From IMG/VR virus record IMGVR_UViG_3300035515_000418: a DNA stretch of 20,000 nt; one strand, 5' to 3'. Every line of letters begins with the position of its first letter. Within the stretch, counting starts at the first letter, position 1. Below the pieces are notes generated by a model. It searched no databases and was not told where the DNA came from. It saw only the letters and a list, made by a program, of their open reading frames with translations. This document shows positions 15,990-20,000 of the stretch, piece by piece. The position numbers and the translations under genes are program-made. Origin of the DNA: an uncultured virus (IMG/VR IMGVR_UViG_3300035515_000418). Lineage: Duplodnaviria > Heunggongvirae > Uroviricota > Caudoviricetes.

Positions 15990-16193
15990 GTGTAGATTTT
16001 ACTTACAGATATAACATATGACACCAAGTATATCTACACTACAGTAACAGGTGAAGTGAGACAGGCTAGAATATCTAGAGATGATGAGGACTACTGATAC
16101 AGTGGAGCAGTAGTGGAACATGACAGGATATTTTATGTAGGAGCAGTTGAACTTCACTTTGTACTTAGTAAAAATGGTAAGTTACCAAAGTAA
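15990..16193 (+). pseudogene. probable small pseudogene with two in-frame stops
   Basis: One frame reads V*ILLTDITYDTKYIYTTVTGEVRQARISRDDEDY*YSGAVVEHDRIFYVGAVELHFVLSKNGKLPK* (TAG 15993, TGA 16095) and looks protein-like. Confidence 0.45.
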
Positions 16194-16240
16194 AAATGCT
16201 GTACATGGACTTAAGGAGGAAATGGTTAGGTGCTAGTCAT

Positions 16241-16396
16241 ATGATAATAATTCTATTAACATTAGTAATAATGTTAAGTTTCTTATCATGGCTTCTTGTC
16301 TTTGTAGCAAGTTTATTTGTCACAGAGGATATAAGGGTGTCATGGCAAGAGTTTAATCCAAAGGAATTAATAAAATACATAAAAAATAAGAGTTAA
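16241..16396 (+). CDS. 51-aa single-pass membrane protein
   Basis: MIIILLTLVIMLSFLSWLLVFVASLFV hydrophobic run; AGGTG RBS before ATG 16241. Confidence 0.6.
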   Translation: MIIILLTLVIMLSFLSWLLVFVASLFVTEDIRVSWQEFNPKELIKYIKNKS

Positions 16397-16524
16397 TAGA
16401 TAGAAAAAGTGCATTACATAGTCATAATAAGTAAGTAAACTTATAATAAATATAGAAGGCTATGAATATATCACTAAAATTAAAAAGTGATGTAATTTTT
16501 TAAAGTAGAGTGGGTGAACAATAA

Positions 16525-17352
16525 ATGTTAATAGTACAATACAAAATAACATATAATAATAAAATAATAGCTGTGATAGCAGTTGATAGCACTGGAATTA
16601 GGCACATCATATTAAAAGAGGACTTAAATAAGTATCAATATATGAATGCAAAAATAACCTCTGACAATAGAATAATGGGTAGTATACCAGTAGTAAATCA
16701 GGATGACTTATTAAAAATTGGAATGCTTCATATGTATCATGCATCTCATAGTGGTATCAATTTTCCAATAAATCCAGACCTATCTCGAGGAGCATGTGAT
16801 TTTGGCAGAGGATTTTACACTGGGCAACTTGAAAGCCAGGTAAAGACATTAGTAGTAGAGGATAGTCAACCAGTATTTTATAATATGTATGCTGACCTAT
16901 CGGGGTTAAAAGTGTATGCATTTAAAAGTGCAATAGAGTGGGTATTATTTGTGGCTGTGAATAGAGACAGAGTAGATTGTAAGAAATATCCTAAACTAAC
17001 CAAACTTGTAAGTTACATAAACTCACATGACGTTGTGTATGGACTTATAGCGGATGATAGAATGAACTACGTGTTTTCAGAGTTTGTGAACTACAGATTA
17101 AATATTGACACTCTTACAAAAGCTCTGAGTTATGTAAATTATGGTAATCAATACACATTTAAAACACAAAGGGCTTGTCAAAGAATACAGGTAGTAAGTA
17201 GGAGTATACTAGAGACAGCAGAAATTAAGCAATGGAAAAAAGTTAAATCAAGAACAATAGGTAAGTTGCAAAATGAAATAGATGAGTTGATTGTTAAAAA
17301 CAGACACAATAATAGTAAATACTTTGATGAATTATTGGAGGAATATAAATAA
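16525..17352 (+). CDS. DUF3990 family protein (ADP-ribosyltransferase-like fold, putative toxin) with N-terminal extension
   Basis: MYHAS...DFGRGFYTG, EWVLFVAVNR, DVVYGLIADDRM and GNQYTFKTQRA motifs, starting after ~65 extra residues. Confidence 0.82.
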   Translation: MLIVQYKITYNNKIIAVIAVDSTGIRHIILKEDLNKYQYMNAKITSDNRIMGSIPVVNQDDLLKIGMLHMYHASHSGINFPINPDLSRGACDFGRGFYTGQLESQVKTLVVEDSQPVFYNMYADLSGLKVYAFKSAIEWVLFVAVNRDRVDCKKYPKLTKLVSYINSHDVVYGLIADDRMNYVFSEFVNYRLNIDTLTKALSYVNYGNQYTFKTQRACQRIQVVSRSILETAEIKQWKKVKSRTIGKLQNEIDELIVKNRHNNSKYFDELLEEYK

Positions 17353-17353
17353 A

Positions 17354-17791
17354 ATGAGCGAATTTCCAATGGGATATATACATTTTCAATCCAAGTGCAT
17401 AGCAGAGTGTTTTGTAAGATCTTCTGTGTTTGGTATAGATTCAGACGATTTCTGCAAGAAGTTTTTGACCTCTGAATGGGGAAAGAGTATATTTAATGAT
17501 GGTAGGCTATATGAATATAGTGATGCTAACTATATGTTTGAAGGATTGCAAATAAATTTAGATCTGATACAAGGTGAATTTTATGATAGAGATGTATTAT
17601 GGACCTCTGGATACTTATACAAATATTGGGCAAGCACTAGGAATATTCCTTCGGATGAAATGTATAAGTTAGCACCAATTCAATGTATAGCTAATAGATA
17701 TGCCTTTTATCATACTCAAGATTGGGATTACGTTATAAATGATATAATAGCATCTCCATATAAATGGGATAAGGAGGATAATACACTATGA
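17354..17791 (+). CDS. putative antitoxin partner of DUF3990 (DUF3791-like)
   Basis: GGAGG RBS before ATG 17354; DSDDFCKKFLTS, LWTSGYLYKYW and YAFYHTQD pattern typical of genes coupled to DUF3990. Confidence 0.7.
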   Translation: MSEFPMGYIHFQSKCIAECFVRSSVFGIDSDDFCKKFLTSEWGKSIFNDGRLYEYSDANYMFEGLQINLDLIQGEFYDRDVLWTSGYLYKYWASTRNIPSDEMYKLAPIQCIANRYAFYHTQDWDYVINDIIASPYKWDKEDNTL

Positions 17792-18186
17792 TTCATTTAG
17801 AAACAATTTATATGGGTAAAAAGTTACTGATAAATAAAAATAATGGCATATATGGATTTATACCAGACAGTGGTAAGGGGAAGACATATGTCTATTACTT
17901 GTTAGAAAAGCTTGGAATAAATGATATGGCTCTGGTAACTTACCACAATGATACAGAGAAAATAGCTAGAGAGATAGAATTAGCCACTGATGATACCAAG
18001 CAGTATAGACTAATCTATTTAGATAGAGCAGATATGTACATGACAGAGGAGTTATATAATAAATTACTTAAACTAAGTAAACATACTACCATAATGATGA
18101 ACTTAAAGGGCATACCAGAGTATGCAGAACACACCTTATCAGTAGTAACAGTATATTGTGATGATACAGAAATAAGAGTATTTTGA
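17788..18186 (+). CDS. small P-loop NTPase
   Basis: Walker A-like PDSGKGKT, Walker B-like LIYLDRAD; only 132 aa; AAGGAGG RBS and ATGA overlap with the upstream gene. Confidence 0.72.
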   Translation: MIHLETIYMGKKLLINKNNGIYGFIPDSGKGKTYVYYLLEKLGINDMALVTYHNDTEKIAREIELATDDTKQYRLIYLDRADMYMTEELYNKLLKLSKHTTIMMNLKGIPEYAEHTLSVVTVYCDDTEIRVF

Positions 18187-18203
18187 AAAAGAGGCGAAAT
18201 CAT

Positions 18204-18629
18204 ATGATTAACATTTATACAGACAAATCAAAAATACCAAGCAATTTAGAATATGTGCATGACAATGATTTGTTCTTTCTAGAACATGGTATACAAGACA
18301 TTCCAGTAAATAAGAGAATTATAGAGGAAATAGATAAAGCAAGGTATTATAGTAGGGATAAATTTATTGATAGATATAATACTTCTGTATTTATAACCTG
18401 TCTAAGTACAAGTTCAAAAATACTGATAAATGCAGTGAACAATCCAGATAAGATATTTAATGCAGTTGAGCTTGGCAGGAATGCTTATGAATATATGATA
18501 TATTGTTTAGATAATTGTAACCTGTACTTTAGAGATAATGTTCAATATGATGCACCAGAGAATGATACAGATATATCAAGAATAGTACTAAACGGAAAGC
18601 CAATAGAATCTATATATGATCTAGAATAA
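18204..18629 (+). CDS. DUF4869-like protein
   Basis: DNDLFF...IIEEIDK...LSTSSKILI...PDKIFNAVELGRNA resembles DUF4869 (LSxGxKxL...FNA..CGxN); GAGG RBS before ATG 18204. Confidence 0.65.
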   Translation: MINIYTDKSKIPSNLEYVHDNDLFFLEHGIQDIPVNKRIIEEIDKARYYSRDKFIDRYNTSVFITCLSTSSKILINAVNNPDKIFNAVELGRNAYEYMIYCLDNCNLYFRDNVQYDAPENDTDISRIVLNGKPIESIYDLE

Positions 18630-18643
18630 GTGAGGTAAGTAAC

Positions 18644-18742
18644 ATGATAAAAATAGAGAAAGAGTGTGGAGGAAAGATATTATCTATAAGAAAGGATAAT
18701 GGGATACATGTATTTTGACAGTAGAAGAAAGGAAAATCAATA
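18644..18742 (+). pseudogene. truncated paralog of the small P-loop NTPase gene
   Basis: GAGGT RBS. MIKIEKECGGKILSIRKDNGIHVF* shares 12/24 residues with MIHLETIYMGKKLLINKNNGIYGF, and the frame continues *Q*KKGKS (Walker A relic). Confidence 0.7.
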
Positions 18743-19639
18743 ATGCTAATAACAAATTACACCCTATTGGATAATCCAAACAGTTATAAAGATGACATAT
18801 TCAATGGAACACTAGATTTAACAAAGTCTGAATGGGTTTTATCCAAGGATACACCTGGAACAGCAGGAATGTTCCTAAAGAGCAGACTAGAGGTTAATAA
18901 CAATCAGTGGTTTTTAAAATTGTCAGCTTATAATTCAGAGGACAAAGTTTATGGGTATGAATCAATATTTGAACTAGTAGCTAGTAGAGTAGCAGAAGCA
19001 CTTCACATTAAACACTTACACTATTACTTAATACCTGTACTGGTCAGGATAGATAATGCAGAATTTGAAACAGTAATATCAGCTTCAAAAGATTATAGAT
19101 TAAGGAATGACGTAAGAGTAAGCTTTGAGTCATTTTACAATATGTATAATACAGCTAACCAAAATCCAAGTGACTTTGTGTTTAATTGGTTAACTAGAAT
19201 ATCTTCAATGAACGAGTATATAGACCATGAGCAATTATCAACTTATATGAGACAAATGATATTATTTGATTACATTATATTTAATAGAGACAGACATGGG
19301 AACAATATAGAGTTACTATATAACATAGATAAAGAGGCTTATAAAATAGTACCACTCTTTGACCAAGGTTGTTGTCTAACAGCTCCATTATATGATGATT
19401 ACTCACAAGTAACCACAAAGTACATGCTAAATTCTTCACCAGTTAATAATTTCATAGGGTGTAGGGATTTGGAACAAAATCTAGTTACATTTTGTAAAGG
19501 AAAGTTACATTTACAAAAATTGAGTAATTATAATTTTACATGCGGGTTGGATAAGTATATGTCATCAAACAAGTTAGAAATAATAAATAAGATGATAGAA
19601 TTAAGGTGGAATCATGCAGTTGATATACTAGATCAATGA
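18743..19639 (+). CDS. HipA-like Ser/Thr kinase (catalytic domain only)
   Basis: GTAGMFLK, FLKLS, ESIFELVASRVA, FDYIIFNRDRHGNN (catalytic loop) and PLFDQG (metal-binding). Confidence 0.87.
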   Translation: MLITNYTLLDNPNSYKDDIFNGTLDLTKSEWVLSKDTPGTAGMFLKSRLEVNNNQWFLKLSAYNSEDKVYGYESIFELVASRVAEALHIKHLHYYLIPVLVRIDNAEFETVISASKDYRLRNDVRVSFESFYNMYNTANQNPSDFVFNWLTRISSMNEYIDHEQLSTYMRQMILFDYIIFNRDRHGNNIELLYNIDKEAYKIVPLFDQGCCLTAPLYDDYSQVTTKYMLNSSPVNNFIGCRDLEQNLVTFCKGKLHLQKLSNYNFTCGLDKYMSSNKLEIINKMIELRWNHAVDILDQ

Positions 19640-19655
19640 AAAAGGAGGAAAAATC

Positions 19656-20000
19656 ATGATATGGGTGTTTTCAATCCATGAAGATAATAAGTCATCAGTA
19701 GCAACAATGACCTATGACTGGGATAAAGATGAGTGGCACATTAGTATAAATAAAGAGAAAAATACAAAAGATATGCCAGTAATTTTAATGATAGCCTCAC
19801 AGCAAGGAAGATTTGAATTAGAGGATAAAGTTTGCAGGTGGTTTATAAGGGATAGAGTGGTACCGGCAAACCGACAAAACATCGGACAGATATTAAGAAA
19901 AATTGGAGCACCATATTACAATGAAGCCTTCATATTCAAATATGCACCAAGAAGTTGTATGGATGACTTTCTGATAGATTTCCAACAAGAGATAAAATAG
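19656..20000 (+). CDS. HipA N-terminal/HipS-like partner protein
   Basis: AAAGGAGG RBS; WFIRDRVVPANRQNIGQIL...SCMDDF resembles the N-terminal coupling domain of Firmicute HipA-like proteins; ends at TAG 19998-20000. Confidence 0.6.
   Translation: MIWVFSIHEDNKSSVATMTYDWDKDEWHISINKEKNTKDMPVILMIASQQGRFELEDKVCRWFIRDRVVPANRQNIGQILRKIGAPYYNEAFIFKYAPRSCMDDFLIDFQQEIK

Noticed and set aside
9404..16097. Possible stop-codon reassignment (internal TGA at 9404 and 16095, TAG at 15993)
   Set aside because: Long genes are uninterrupted in code 11, Trp uses TGG, TGA ends genes in ATGA overlaps (10669, 17788), TAG ends several genes, and no suppressor tRNA is seen.
1581..18203. All minus-strand ORFs in the track
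   Set aside because: Short, antisense to well-supported + genes or tRNA-His, with shadow-like Ile/Leu/Ser/Phe composition and no recognisable motifs.

Overview
AT-rich window (roughly 30% GC by eye). Every credible gene is on the + strand, with Firmicute-type RBSs, near-consensus sigma-A promoters and many short orphan genes. It most likely comes from a large (jumbo-type) phage, or a similar element, of a Bacillota/Clostridia host. The left part encodes a Vsr-like nuclease/Zn-ribbon protein, an AAA+ ATPase, a DUF488-like protein, a Zn-dependent PLC-family protein, a DUF5131 radical-SAM-like protein and a YgjV-like membrane protein. The centre (9.7-14 kb) is a dispersed tRNA cluster: Lys, Phe, Tyr, Ser and His, plus a decayed Glu gene and another relic, none encoding CCA. 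It is interleaved with several unexplained structured RNAs and a multiply frameshifted AbiEii-type nucleotidyltransferase toxin whose partner gene is intact. The right part encodes KptA/Tpt1, YqeY, a DUF3990/antitoxin pair, a small P-loop/DUF4869 pair and a HipA-like kinase with partner. The most striking signal is two ~80-90 nt RNAs directly behind tRNA genes. They share a conserved bulged terminal helix plus ACAGCAA, but each displays a different tRNA anticodon loop (Lys UUU, Ile GAU) on a non-tRNA scaffold: candidate anticodon-decoy or tRNA-mimic RNAs. All family calls come from motif recognition by eye; no searches were run.
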